Shown here in pieces: positions 26,126 through 39,382 of a stretch of 64,000 nt of DNA. This DNA comes from Ophelia neglecta (lineage: Eukaryota): contig OZ260664.1 of assembly GCA_965285935.1 (NCBI GenBank), positions 15,996,001 to 16,060,000 on the forward strand, in the 5' to 3' direction. The notes under the pieces were generated by a model. The model searched no databases and was not told the DNA's origin. It saw only the letters and a list, made by a program, of their open reading frames with translations. Made by a program: the position numbers and the translations under genes. Each line of letters begins with the position of its first letter. The stretch's first letter is position 1.

Positions 26126-26944
26126 TATAATGCATGGATTAGGCTGAAATGTTTAGGTATGATAGACGATTGCCAGTATAGCGTCAATTATGGTAAGAGC
26201 TAATAGGTCCTCGAATTTCTTGTTAATATATATATAAGAAATTGTATCGAGGAGTGCCAATATTGTGTATCTTTGAAACAATGCCTCTCTATCCAGCATG
26301 TTAACTTTGGACAAGCTAGCAGACCACCACTGTCTGTGATGCAGATTGTTTTGCATGCCGTTTCAAAACCGTAGGGATATTATGCTGCTATTTACGATGG
26401 CCGAGTCGTTTATTATGCGTCTTTCCGCCGAGCCAAAATCTAAGAGATCAACAAAAACCTCCCTTGAGCTAGGAGGCCGATACCCAAATCTGCCGCCAAA
26501 TCTCCCGCGTGGGAAAAATGCTTCAGACTAGGCAGTCATGTGAATGGTGTGTTTAACCCCAAGACCTCCCCTACCAAGTGGAAGATTTTGTCAGATTTCC
26601 CTAACCCACTATTGACTCTGACTTTTCAGAACGCAGTATCTGATTTAGTCATTGATTTGATTTGAGTTACAAGGACATTTCATTTGTGTTACTATGTATT
26701 AAAGTTTATAGGCCACTTGCAGCTGATTATTCTTGATCACGAAAACGAGCTATCCTATATAATAATACAGTAGTGCAACATGGATTTCCCGGTTCCTCAA
26801 CAAACGGATGTGCCTGAAATCTTCACCAATTGTTGCTGAAACGTCTGTGGTTGTGCTAATGTATGTGAGATTGCGGTGCGCTGTGTTCGTTTAGCAGTCA
26901 AAAAGCTTTTGCATTTTGGAAAAATCTGTCGTCTGTATCATTTG

Positions 26945-27010
26945 CAGCCATACTTGATGCCATATTTGACGTTGCCAAGCAACAGCAGTGCATCATGGGA
27001 AATACTATAA
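26945..27010 (-). promoter_or_regulatory. Promoter-like motif cluster (RFX X-box, ZNF143/Staf site, YY1-like)
   Basis: GTTGCCAAGCAAC (26971-26983), GTGCATCATGGGAAATACTA (26988-27007; minus TAGTATTTCCCATGATGCAC) and GCCATATTTG (~26959-26968). Confidence 0.4.
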
Positions 27011-27039
27011 CAGAGCAGAGCTGTGCCTGCCTCCTTTCA

Positions 27040-27795
27040 ACATGCCATGCTGATTACTGATAAGATTCAGAGTGAGCCTGTTTTGTTGACACAATAGATT
27101 AACATCTAAAGCCAAGGGGAGGAGGCTTATCTAAGGGGGGAAGGAGGGTTGGGGGTTACCTAGCACTCTTATGCAATGCTGATGTACTGATAAAATGCAG
27201 AGAAACCTGTTTTGATGTCACAAGAGATTAACATATAGATGGCAGTATAAAACTAGACTGAGGTTACAGAGGGGGGAGGGGGCAGCCAGGGGGAGGGTTA
27301 GGCATACAGCACAAAAAGGGGCAGGCAAGGGGAGGAGGGTTATCTTAGGGGGAAGGAGGGGGGAGGGGGTTTAAATAGCACTCTCATGCAATACTGATGT
27401 ACTGATATAATGCAGAGAAACCTGTTTTGTTGTCACAAGAGATTAACATATAAATGACAGTATAAGACTAGACTGAGGTTACAGTGTGGGGAGGGGGGTT
27501 GGGTTAGGCATACAGCACAAAAAGGGCAGCCAAGGGGAGGAGGGTTATCTAAGGGGGAAGGAGGGGGGGGGGGGGTATCCAGCACTCTCATGCAATGCTG
27601 ATGTACTGATGAAATTTAGTGAACCTGTTTTGTTTACATGTTTAGATTAACATGTAAATGACATTATAACAGGAGACTGGGGCTATAGGGGGGGGGGGGG
27701 GGGGCAGCCAGGGGGAGGGTTGGGCTTACAGCACAAAATGTGGCAGCCAAGGAGAGGAGGGTTATATAAAAGGGAGGGGGGGGGGGGAGGGGGGT
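27040..27795. repeat. Tandem array of ~200-bp G-rich units (3-4 copies)
   Basis: Repeated ATGCTGATGTACTGATAAAATGCAGAGAAACCTGTTTTG...AGATTAACAT...CAGCACAAAA...GGAGGAGGGTTATCT. Confidence 0.85.
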
Positions 27796-28703
27796 ATAAA
27801 AAGTCCAGTTTGCTCGGTTCATGAACATGATTTGTATGTTTGAGTGGGAACCAAGAGAGCAGACCTATCAAGTTTGTTTTGTTCTAGGCCCCTGTCACCC
27901 TATCCATAAGTATGAAATGGGACTTAGGGTAGGGCACCAGGGGTCCGGGTTGTTTTGTTCTTTGATACAATCATTCGGGGTGGAGGAAGGAGACTTAATA
28001 AAACAGACCTGTCTGGATTGTTCTGTTATTGGCCCACATTAAGGAACCAATATTTAGTATATTTCTTCTCTTTCAATTCTTTTTTCATGATGGAATTGAT
28101 CTCTAAGTTGGCGTATGTATAGAATTGACAATGACACCTTAATGACCGTATGATCTGAAATCAATCTATTGTCAGGCGTATTGGGCGTTTCATTCCCAGC
28201 GTTCAATCAAGGATCAGGCACAGTGTCACAAACTGAACTTCTTGAAAAAGATGGTCTGTGTGATTATTGAGTGATATTGAAGTTGTCGCACCATAACTTA
28301 TAGAAATAAAAATTATCATCATATTTTATAGGTCTTTAACAAGAAATTTCTCTCCCATTTAAGAAAAAAAACTGAAACAGTTTTCTTTTGCGAATCTAGA
28401 GTCTTATCCGAAAAAACATATTTTGTCAACTTAGAGCTTATAGCTACTAAACATGAATTATGTTTAGAGGCTATATAGCTGTTATTTATGTTGTGATAAT
28501 ATTGTTTTGCAAAACCACTTTACACTTTTAAGGCTTTAAAGAATCTGGATCACCCAGGAAATGGGCTCAAAGCATCATGTGTTTCACCTCAGATACCAGA
28601 GTGGGCTCTGGGGAATGGAGTGTGTATATATATATGCAGATACAAAATTGAAAATGTTACATGAACATAGCTGGCCGGTGAAGCAGTTAAAATTAGGGCA
28701 GTA

Positions 28704-29057
28704 GATGTACTGATGAAATTTAGTGAACCTGTTTTGTTTACATGTTTAGATTAACATGTAAATGGAATTATAACAGGAGACTGGGGCTATAGGGGGGGGG
28801 CAGCCAGGGGGAGGGTTGGGCTTACAGCACAAAATGTGGCAGCCAAGGAGAGGAGGGTTATATAAAAGGGAGGGGGGGGGGGGAGGGGGGTATAAAAAGT
28901 CCAGTTTGCTCGGTTCATGAACATGATTTGTATGTTGGAGTGGGAACCAAGAGAGCAGACCTATCAAGTTTGTTTTGTTCTAGGCCCCTGTCACCCTATC
29001 CATAAGTATGAAATGGGACTTAGGGTAGGGCACCAGGTGTTCGGGTTGTTTTGTTCT
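28704..29057 (+). repeat. Near-identical copy of 27600-27961, flanked by 34-bp direct repeats
   Basis: Sequence identity is visible directly (duplicate ORFs MIGLLSWFPL...). Flanks 28671-28704 and 29056-29089 differ at one base. Confidence 0.9.
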
Positions 29058-30063
29058 GGCCGGTGAAGCAGTTATAATTAGGGCAGTAGTACGTTGTCAC
29101 AGAGCAATCACATTTCAAATGTTGAAACCAAAGAAAACTGCCTTTATGAGACAGGTGGTGCTGCTAAATAGTTACTATGTAGGCCTACACCATTTTGTCT
29201 GTGTATTTGGTTGTTTCTTATTCGGATACTTTCCTCCACTGAGGACTTTTCCACGGGTCACTGCTAGTAATTTATAATACCTCTCTCTATTATAATATAT
29301 ATAGCAAGGTACATGCACTGGGCTTGCTCCGAGACCATTATATACATACTATTAATCCACGCCACACAGGTACTTCAATTTTTTACCCTAGAGTAGCAGC
29401 CCTACATTGTCCGTACAATTTGTTCGTATGTGCCACACTTGTGTCACATAGAAGTCTTTTCGTTTGGTACGTTGTTTTCCTACCCCCATACGTTAAATAG
29501 CAAATCTTGGTTCTTTCATTGAGCATCGTTCACATAAATTCTCCTTTAAAATCTTTAATGAGTATTCATCAATGTATCTTTTCATCCCGCCTCTGCATGC
29601 TTATTGGCATAATTACTAGCTGTCGCATATGGGCTGAGGCAAGCATATTAAACATAATTTACAAGTTCCATTCATTTGTATGTTATTATATCAAGGTTGA
29701 TTCCCCATTATAGCCATACTGATTCCCCCATGCATTTTAAGGTGATTGATATCTCATCGAATAAAGCATGTCGCTCGTTCATTAATATTGTTTTCACATC
29801 CATTGTAATTTCCATAGATTTTGACTAGTTAAATGAATACAATTGATCTTTTACTGATGCACAAATACACTTTGAAATTCAACCGCATTCGACCTTTCAT
29901 GATTAATAAAACAGTTATAGGCCTACGATAATAACTGTATGCAACTGATATACGGCAGTAAAATACTAACCAGTCTTTATAGGCCTTCCTGATGAGAGCA
30001 ACAGATTCATATGAGCGAATTAGCAAGAACATATTGCCTGAAAGCGCAGCACTTTAGAGAAAA

Positions 30064-33000
30064 ATGAGTATTAAGTTGAGAGAATTTTTCATCAGAATGA
30101 TAACAGCCACGTATATGGGCCTACTAGTACAGCTTTCCGCTACAGCAGAGAGTGTGCAATATCATGGGTAAGTTGAGAATACTAAATATATACTGCAAGA
30201 CAGAAAAAAGTAATTGGTACGCGTCAGGCAAAACAGAATAGGCGATAAAAAAATAATTCAATTTCCGGAATATATTAATAAAAAGTGTCATCAATTTTTT
30301 TCCAAATTAAGAGACTTTAGATATTCAGCACACTCATGTTATGTCAGTAAAAGCACGATTTAAAGGGGTTTGGACAACGACGCTAGAATAAGCCACGTTA
30401 ACCTGATCATCTCGCGGTTATACCCGTGGAGCATCATGTTTTGTTGGGCCCTGCGTCTTATTCTATATTAAGAAATTTGCTTTGTCTACCGGGTGTCCAC
30501 CTCCGTTTTGTCTTTATTAAAAAGAGGGAAGTGAAGATCTGGGTTGCTGCTCGTACCGAGAAATCAGCATTTGAATTCAAAGTGGCGTTTGTCAATCAGC
30601 ATTCCAGTTGCTTTCCTTTAAATAAAGAGTATAATACCGAGATGCCGGCAGTGTTAGTACTGGTAGTCATAAAGTTTATTGTCTGGTCGCTATCAGCAGA
30701 TCACAGAACTTAGCTCTGTTGCCAGAAGCTGATAAGGTAAACAACAAGATCCTGTGACTAATTGGCCCTGAAAAAATCTAGAGCAGCACATGCAGTCTCT
30801 TTGTGTGCAACCAGCACTGTCCATATCATACTCACAGAGTGTCAACTTGATCAGAGGATAATGACTTTTACCTAAAGGTCAGGCCAGGTTCTGTAAAGGC
30901 CACAGCGTATATAATAACCTTTATGTTGTAAATTAGTTCGCCGAACGCTGGAGGAAGGACAACAAATGTCTATATACAGACACGGTTGACTTCAGTCGCG
31001 CTTTCGACCGAGTGGTGGGGGAGAATGTTTGGCAGAAAATGATAGCTGCCGGCATAAGAGGAAAATCATTAAGGTGTTTCAGAGCATTACAGTTAAATCA
31101 ATCGTGCGCAATCACTTAAGGGCCAGATGGGACGAATTCGCATGTATGGTAGGAGCCATGCATATATGGAGAATGCTTTAGTCCAATAATCTTCGCATTC
31201 TTAATAAACGATTTAGAAGAACACTTGATCGCTCATGCCACCATATACTCCACCATATGTCTCTACGCGGACTACTGTGTACTGTTCTCGGAAACTACTC
31301 AGGGTCTCCAACACGCCCTAAGCGCGCAAGGACTACTGCGATCGCTGGTCATTGGTTGTCAATAAAAGTAAAACTAAGATCTGTGTCTTCAAAGACCCGT
31401 CCACTGAGGCACAGACGACCTCCACGTATTCCGGAGAGCGTATTGAAGTGGTCAACCACTTCCTGTACCTAGGTCTAACTCTGACTAGCAAGTCTCCTGG
31501 CAAGACGCTAGGGAGAGAAATATGAAGCAATATGCATTGTCAATAATATCTATTGTATTGTAAAAAAAAGTAATGTAGGCATAGAGATTGTTTAACATAT
31601 ACTCTTTAACATTAGGAGCAAGCTTATGGTGAGTTATCGATCAGTTCTACTCGCCGCTCGACGACTAGTAAATGATCTCCGACATTTGGTGTCTCGTTCA
31701 TTAATATGAAGAGTGTTATTGCCTGCCTCAGATGGGAGCGACACTCCAAATTTGTCATAACTTAGACGCCGTTTCCAGAACAATACCGCAAAGGTTTCAT
31801 TTTGGAAATGATATTAAAGTATACTAGCGGTCCCCGTATTAACAACGGCATTTAGGGACCTTGCTCGGACTTTGTTCTGGCTATGTTAATCGCAGTGTTT
31901 TCCGAGACTTGCAAAATTTTGCGTACTGATCAGTGCTGAATTTATGTAAATATATATAGCTCGCTGCCCTTCGCACAGGGTGCCAAGGTAGTGGTTTCGT
32001 CATTCAGATCATAGGTCACGCGTCATAGGTCACACAGCGGCTATACTACTGATCGGAAGGATTTGACGTAGGAAAATAACCCCTAATCCAATGATTGCAT
32101 CCGCCAGGTAAAACACAAAACCGGCTGCAAACCCACCCAAAAGTTAAGGGGTACACCAAGCAGCCATATATTTGAAAGCCTTTCAGGAGTCGGCCGTATT
32201 TCGGGAGGAAACGAAATCGGCTTATAGGAATAATATTAATATATAGATATTTCTGGGAAATTTTCTTTGAGATAGGCGGCGCCACGCTAGTGCCCATACT
32301 ACTCCCCCCCCCCGCAGCAATATAATGACGAAAGCTCGCTAACAATATTGCGCAAAATGTATGGAGCTTCGGGGCTGAAATTGACAGGGAGGAGGTTTTT
32401 TATGCAGAGGCATAAAAAGGTTAACTATTGTTTGCTTTTCGCCAGTTCAGATTATATCCAGTGTTTTAAGGAAACAAATTTTTTATTATACTATCCCGTT
32501 TAATTGGTTGGGGGCTTGCGTTTCTGAAAGCTTTGTTAATTATTATGGTAACCTATGTGTATTTCAGGGCTAGGTCAGACGAACAAAGATTGATCACCGA
32601 CTTACTGAGATTTAATGTAAACCACACGCCGGCCCGTCCGCTTGTCAACTCATCAACAGCGGTGAATGTCACAATGGGCATCACCATTACCCAAATCATA
32701 AAGTTGAACGAGAAAGAGGGCACACTCACTATGCAAATGTGGACATATCTTGTAAGCATAAACAGAGAATTACATTATGCTTAAATCCATCTGATTATTA
32801 ATATATGAAATACGAAAATCTCCCCTTAGAATATATTTACCTTTTTTTTTCATAAAACAGCGTTATGATAAGAAATCGGCAGTCTGGGAAAAAAATTCAG
32901 CAGAAATTAAATTTATCGATGATGGAAATTTTAAAAATAAACGTGTGTCCACCAGGACAACTTTAATAGACACTTTCTATTATCAGGGGTGGTACGACGA

Positions 33001-36000
33001 TTTTCTAGAATTCGATGAAAATGAGTACGGGGGACTTACCTCAGTGAACTTGTCCCCGAAACAAGTGTGGATTCCGGATATAATGTTGTTTGGCTGGTAA
33101 ATAGTGATTTGATTACAAGGTTATAACAACAGTGTCTAAAATAAAAGCACAGAGTACATGAATAAGTTAAACAATCCACTGAAAGTATCACTTAATTAAT
33201 TCTATTTTTAAGGGCATGTATGTATAATATACGTATATAAGAAGCCCTGCAGAGTGTACACACTGACACTTGCATTCTTAAGGCGTGCCCACTTCAAGCC
33301 TTGGCGCCCGCCTCCGTTGCACCAGAAGAAGTGTCCTTATTGTCTATAATACGTACAGGCGCTCGACACGGCACCAACGAAGTCTTATGCGGCAGACCAT
33401 TCTCTGCTTTTTGGCTCACTTACTGTTTGTTCTTACCGACCCTGTCCATCCTGCCATCTTTTTTTTTTCTATCTGTGCTCTGTTCTCTCCCGTCTGTGCT
33501 CTATCCTTCTCATTAATGTCCTCTGTTGCCTTTTCCTCCTGCTCCCTTTACTTACCGTCTGTTGCTTTCCTCTCGTATTCTACTATAATTTTCCCTACTT
33601 TTTTCTCTTTTCATTCGGACCCCTTGTATTATTCATCAATCCTCTTATTTAACTGCAGGTCTGTTTCCCTGTATTTTCTCGGCCGTCTTTATATAATGCT
33701 TCCGTGCGACGGAAAAAAGAGGCCTTTGTATTCCACGCTGCGCTGGGCTGTCGGGAGGAAGGTTCTGGAAACATCGATGCATCGAGAACTTTCCGCCACA
33801 CAAGCCTGCTCGTTAGAAAAAACTGCAGATTGAATGTTCATTTGTGACCTTATTAAGAGTCTCTTTGTATTTGGAATGGTTAGACCACAGCATTATAAGG
33901 GTATATATGCCCGGGAATTTGCTCGGGGTAGAGGCGGAATCAGATGAATATACCACTGTGCAGTAACATACCTTAGTACACAAATAAAACGCAGTGACTT
34001 CAGTAAAGCCTCCATTTCTGTAAGCCTCAGTGTTTTATGGCTATTTACTGCGTTTTACCAAACATGGAAATGGGTTCTTTAATGTACATCACAATATTTA
34101 TCAACTTCTGGAAGACTTTTGCCCTATGTAAATATAGAAAGTAAATTTGTACAACGAATCCTACGTTTGAGCTACCTCGCGGTTTACCATTGCACGGCCT
34201 AGTGCTTCTTGTGTTTCTAAAGAATATCATACAACTTTTTCCTAGTACCAGCCAAGACTGCTCAGTGTCGCAATCGGACAGCCGACTGCTGAATGTGGAT
34301 TCCACAGGCTTTGTTAATTGGGCGCCTTCTGCTATCTACACTAGTTCTTGCCGCATTGAAGTTGATAATTTCCCTTTCGACACTCAAACGTGTTTTTTGA
34401 AGTTTGGTTCTTGGGCGTATTCGGCTGCACAGTTACAATTGGTACGTAAAACAAAACTAGAACACCTTCATTAAAATCACCCTCTTATTCCTCAAACAGT
34501 GGAACTGCTCTTAGACACCATTGAAATAAATCAACACAATTCGCAGATAATGGGTTGATAGATGTGTGTCAAGTTAAAGGTACGCAATCTTTAGTTTTCT
34601 GGAATGTGCTTTTTTTGCATACTACTTTTTTCCAGCTATATGTGAAGCTAACCCGCTTTAAACAAATTCATGGCTAAATTAATGGTTCTTCAACCTATTT
34701 ACTATATCAATAGACTACTTACAAAGTACACTCGTTGGGGCCCATCCTGGATATTTATGCAGTCTATCGTTTCTGATTGGTGAATCCTAGCCAGGCATGT
34801 GAGAATTTGACAAAGACAATCAGGTTTTGCAAGTTCCAAGTAGTGTGCACTGGTGTATTCCGCTTTTAGCATATTTGAGTGCGTACGGTGTCGTATTTTG
34901 CTAGATACAAGTTGCCGAGTGACGTGTGTAGTGTTGCAGTATGGCGGCCTTAACAAATAAACTTCGGGCAGGACACGAATTCACAGCTATTACTATTTCA
35001 TGTCATAGATTATGATTGCAGTAGACCTATATATAAAATGCAGTCCATATTTTTGGGCAAACTGCATATTGAGTACCTTTAAATGTCAGTTTGTATTTTA
35101 CGGTTTCTTACCCAAAACACATAAGTTATACAGCTGCCATCAAAATAAACGCTGGTTGTTTACCTAAAGATGATCTTCTTTGAAGGAAACACACAACACT
35201 TAATATTGTTTGACGAAACCGAAGCATGTTCAAGTGAAAATGACCTTGCTCTTTCTTAAAGCACGTGGCAAATGACGAACAATATTCAAATGGGGTTGAT
35301 CTAAGCGAATACATCTCAAGTATTGAATGGGAACTAAGAAATGTGACATCAAGAAAAAATAATGTAGGTGAATACGATCTTAATATGTAAAATGTCATCG
35401 TGTGTCATTGAAATTGTCATGATTAATTCTATAATACTACTGTACGACCATTACTGGGAGTCATTTTCCCCCTTTGTTTTATAGTAGATAAGGGTCTGTC
35501 GGCAGGCAACTATTAATCGAAAATTCTTTACAAATACTACCATGTTAAGTAAGTTGTTCACTGATAAAAAAAACAATTTCAGGTCATTCACACATGCTGT
35601 CCTGAAGGTTTTGATGATGTAACGATTAAACTCACTCTGAAGAGAAAGCCGGGTTTCTATGCTTACGTCTTGCTGTTGCCCTCCGTCGTTCTGTCTTCTA
35701 TGGTTTTATTCCTGTATTGGATTCCACCAGGAAGACCGGATAGGACAACTGTGGGTAAGATGCTGTACATAGAATAATATATATGTTTGCTTCAACTCAG
35801 ACGGTTGGAGAAACTCTCGTAGGCGAGATGCTTTATATCGACGAGTACAGCCTGTAAATTTGACTTGGTCCATCGCACTCCATCCAGGCAACTATTTTTA
35901 CAGTGCTGATAGGCCTCTGCCGTGATTCCAGGAGGGAGTACCTACACGGAGTTTGACCTATTGGCGAGTAGCGAGTTAAAGTAACAAGTTAGATTAGCAT

Positions 36001-38464
36001 TTGTCGAGTAGACAATATGCGAGTTACGAAAAATATAATACAGTAGTGGTGTGCACCGATTTGGATGGGTGTGTGTTTTTGGGAGGGGGGGGGGGGGGGG
36101 CGGGGTCGCTGGCCAAAGAGACCTCTGTTATACCATATATTATTGAGGTCAACTTTATCTAGAAATTAAACCTTAAAACTGGTGCTTAAATTCAATGGAT
36201 ACGGTCTTTTAATAAATAATGACAAATTCAAGTAACGTGATACTATGATGTGGTCAGTAATTAATAAGGACAATTTATCAAGCAAAGTGAAACAATGTAT
36301 TGATAAAACTGTTAAAAAAAATAATATAATAATATAATATGAGAAGCCGTGAGAGGGTGTCACCTACCCTGAAACAAGAAACAGTAGCCAGTGGAGCAAG
36401 TGAAGACAAGAAGTCCATAGAATAGTTAGTAAATAATACAGGATATCCCCAGAGGCTAAATTATTCCAAGTAAGTGGAAAGCATAGCAGTAGGGGTTCAT
36501 TGGGATACTGTCCCAATATACCACCAATATGCCACAATAAGTGTGTCCCAATGCTTTGTGAGTTTTTGTGTAAGTAGGTTAACGACACTTTAGACAATGA
36601 AGGAATCTTTTCCCCTACTCAATTTGCTATATGATAATGCTAATGTTCTAACAGACCGAAATTCTGCACTTATTCGCCTTTGAGGGTGTTTAACTAATAT
36701 TATTATTGTAGGTATGTCCATATGTTCCTCCTTCTTTCTTCTTCTTCTTGTGGTCGTCGAAAAGGCTCCTCCCGCGGCAGAGACAAAGCTTGGTAAGTAG
36801 TTCAAACCAGATATGTATATATATATATATAGCATTAACACACACTCACTGCTCTAGTAAGGAAATTCAGTCGAAAATTTGTATGTACAAGTAGTGCCAC
36901 GATCTTATTGCAATAATATCCGCCGGAAATAAGTCTGCTGGAAATAACATAAGTTTAATGACAATGTTAACTTATAATACGATATTCCCCCTTTGAGGAA
37001 AGAATGAAGTGAAACTAAATTTTCTTATATGCCAGGACGCACTGATGAAAGCTAGCTACTGTTTTGAAAATGACTAATAAAGGTGTTCTTAAATCTTAAC
37101 CTGTAGAAACATATAGGTAAGCATGCACTATTTGTTTATTTAAATTATTTTTATAGTTTTAATGTCTTGTTAACAATATTAAAACCAAACAAAAACTAAA
37201 GAAATAAACAATTATCTTTAGCAGGGTTTGAATTTATATATAATCATTATTCCCCTCGAAAATCATCACCCCCCTCCCCAGCGTATTTAATGGTGCGTCC
37301 CTATAGAAGTCCTGTTGCGATTTAAACCCAAATTTGTATATCGGGACAATGTTAGCTCCCATGACAACCCGCTGGTTATTGCTGAAATTATCTGAAGGGG
37401 TGCACTATTCCACCATATCTACAATTATTTATACCCCATAAAGCATCATGGTTATTCAACCAGATATAGGGACTTGGCTGAAATGCCAAGATTTCTATTC
37501 CAGGAACAGTTTTGGCAATAGGGCAGCTTCTATGTGGGACTCTCGTCCTTATAATCATGTGTAAATTAAAGATATCTAGAATCATATTTCGACCTGGATA
37601 CGGGCTTCGTGTGGATATGCTATGTAATGATAGGCGCTAAGCAGTGTGAAAGGTGCTATGTTTTGAACAGTTTTTTAAAATTTTTGGCTTCAACGCATAT
37701 GCGTGTCCTATTAAGTACTGTCCTGCATTTCCATATTATTATTTATTGTATTAATTTATCTACCTTTTGATGTGTCACAATGAGTAGAAAAAGCACCAGG
37801 ATTTTTTTCCATGTATGTAGCCACTTAATGCAACTATAAATACGTTTAACTTTACTTATTTTGACAGCCCTTGTTTTTCCTTTAATTTAACTTCACCAGG
37901 CAAATTTTGCGCCATTCATATCGTTGCTGCAGGGTTCGCCGTCCTGAACTCCGTTTTCGTGGTAAATGTGTCAATGAGACGACATCGTATGTCATCATTC
38001 ACAAGAAAGGTATACTATATCATCCTGTTTTTCTATATTCGACTCTCCTATCTCACCTCGCAGATACAATAAGGTATTGACAAGGCTCCAAATTGCAAAT
38101 TCTTGTACTTATTTTGTAGACCAAAAAACTACAACTCCTACTCGAATGTTCTTGTTTTTCTATGCATCTTTCTTATTATCAACTTGTATTGCATGAAATC
38201 GTGACTGTTTTCTAGATATTAGTTTTGAAGCTTCATGACGTCTTATGTCGGTGTTGTCGATGGACTATTGGCGACAGAACTGTTAATGTCGAAATGACGG
38301 CAAGTGGTCATCCAACTGATGACAACACTCATACCACAGCAGCTAAACCCAGAAGTCCTGCTGAAGAATGGCAAATTGTTGCCTTTATTATAAACATTTC
38401 AATGTTTTTTCTCCATTTGGCCATGGTATTATATACTATTAGTTATATTTTACCTTGGCATTGA
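30064..38464 (+). CDS. Divergent nicotinic acetylcholine receptor-like (Cys-loop pLGIC) alpha-type subunit, 435 aa
   Basis: Exons 30064-30167 (signal peptide; least certain), 32568-32751, 32987-33096, 34246-34441, 35262-35363, 35583-35754, 36712-36792, 37900-38009, 38216-38464, all phase-consistent. Motifs: EQRLITDLL, ARP, VWIPDI, Cys-loop CRIEVDNFPFDTQTC, FGSWAY, EWEL, vicinal CC, M1-M4, EEW before M4. AATAAA at 38477. Confidence 0.92.
30950..31495 (+). mobile_element. Degenerate non-LTR (LINE) reverse transcriptase fragment in nAChR intron 1
   Basis: Broken frames encode VDFSRAFDRV..W.KMIAAGIRGK, GECFSPIIFAFLINDL, LYADYCVLF (YADD-derived), VNKSKTK and FLYLG. Confidence 0.8.
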
Positions 38465-39382
38465 CATCTTTTGATAAATAAAACCTATCATTAAGGATGA
38501 AAGGTTTTTGTGGCACCATTAACCTAGCTAATGATACGTGGCTAAGAGTGAGACACGAACAAACTATCTTGTTGTCTGAAGAGCAATATACTTTACTGCC
38601 ACTCAAAATATATCAAAATGTACATTTTCATATTGAACAATTTCAGTCAATCTGTGAATACTGTTTTCGAAAAAAAAGCATAGATAATTAAGTGATGATG
38701 GTTAGTTGCAGATATTCGGAAGATTTCCATTTTTTTCATTTACGCTCTTATTTTACTTCCTAATGGGTCCATATACTGCTATTAAAGTTCTTTGTTTATC
38801 ATTGCATACAGACGGGCAAGACCAGCGCATGATCCTTGAGCAGATTTAAGCCAAGCCTGCTTGATTTGGATTTTATATGTCGATTTCCCCAGCATATGCT
38901 ATGTTTACTTCCAGTTTACTTACTGTCCCTAGTAAGAGCTCGCAATCTATTGTCTGATTTTGCCCAAAGACATGTAGCCCTGCTGTCAAAATAACTGACC
39001 TAGTGTTATGAAATCTGCAGATATAAACGGACTTTTTCTATTTCACGGATTACTTTATTCAAGAATAACACATGTCTTAAGGACTTGTTGAATGCAATAA
39101 AATATACCATCGGGCTTTTGATATGAAAGAAGTGTTAGTATCCCTTTTTTGTCACAGGAAAAGTCTAGCAAATCATTGGTATTTTTCAAATATCAGTGCT
39201 TCATAATTTGATGCCTAACAGTGACAAAGCATTACTCCACATAGCATGGTGTGCTCGTTTATTATTTTGTCAGCTTCTGTTGCTATTGTAATGGTGTGCC
39301 TTGGTGTTCCTCATTAGACGAAAATAACTCACAAGTTGTATACATTATATGTGCTATGTAAGCTCGACGGAAACAAAAGCTT

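Noticed and set aside
31616-31628. 13-nt microexon candidate (TAG|GAGCAAGCTTATG|GTGAGT) in nAChR intron 1
   Set aside because: It would frameshift the signal-peptide reading frame to an immediate stop. Splice-like motifs alone are insufficient without transcripts.
33285-33833. 182-aa hydrophobic ORF
   Set aside because: It comes from a pyrimidine-rich low-complexity tract in nAChR intron 3, has a GTG start and shows no recognisable domain.
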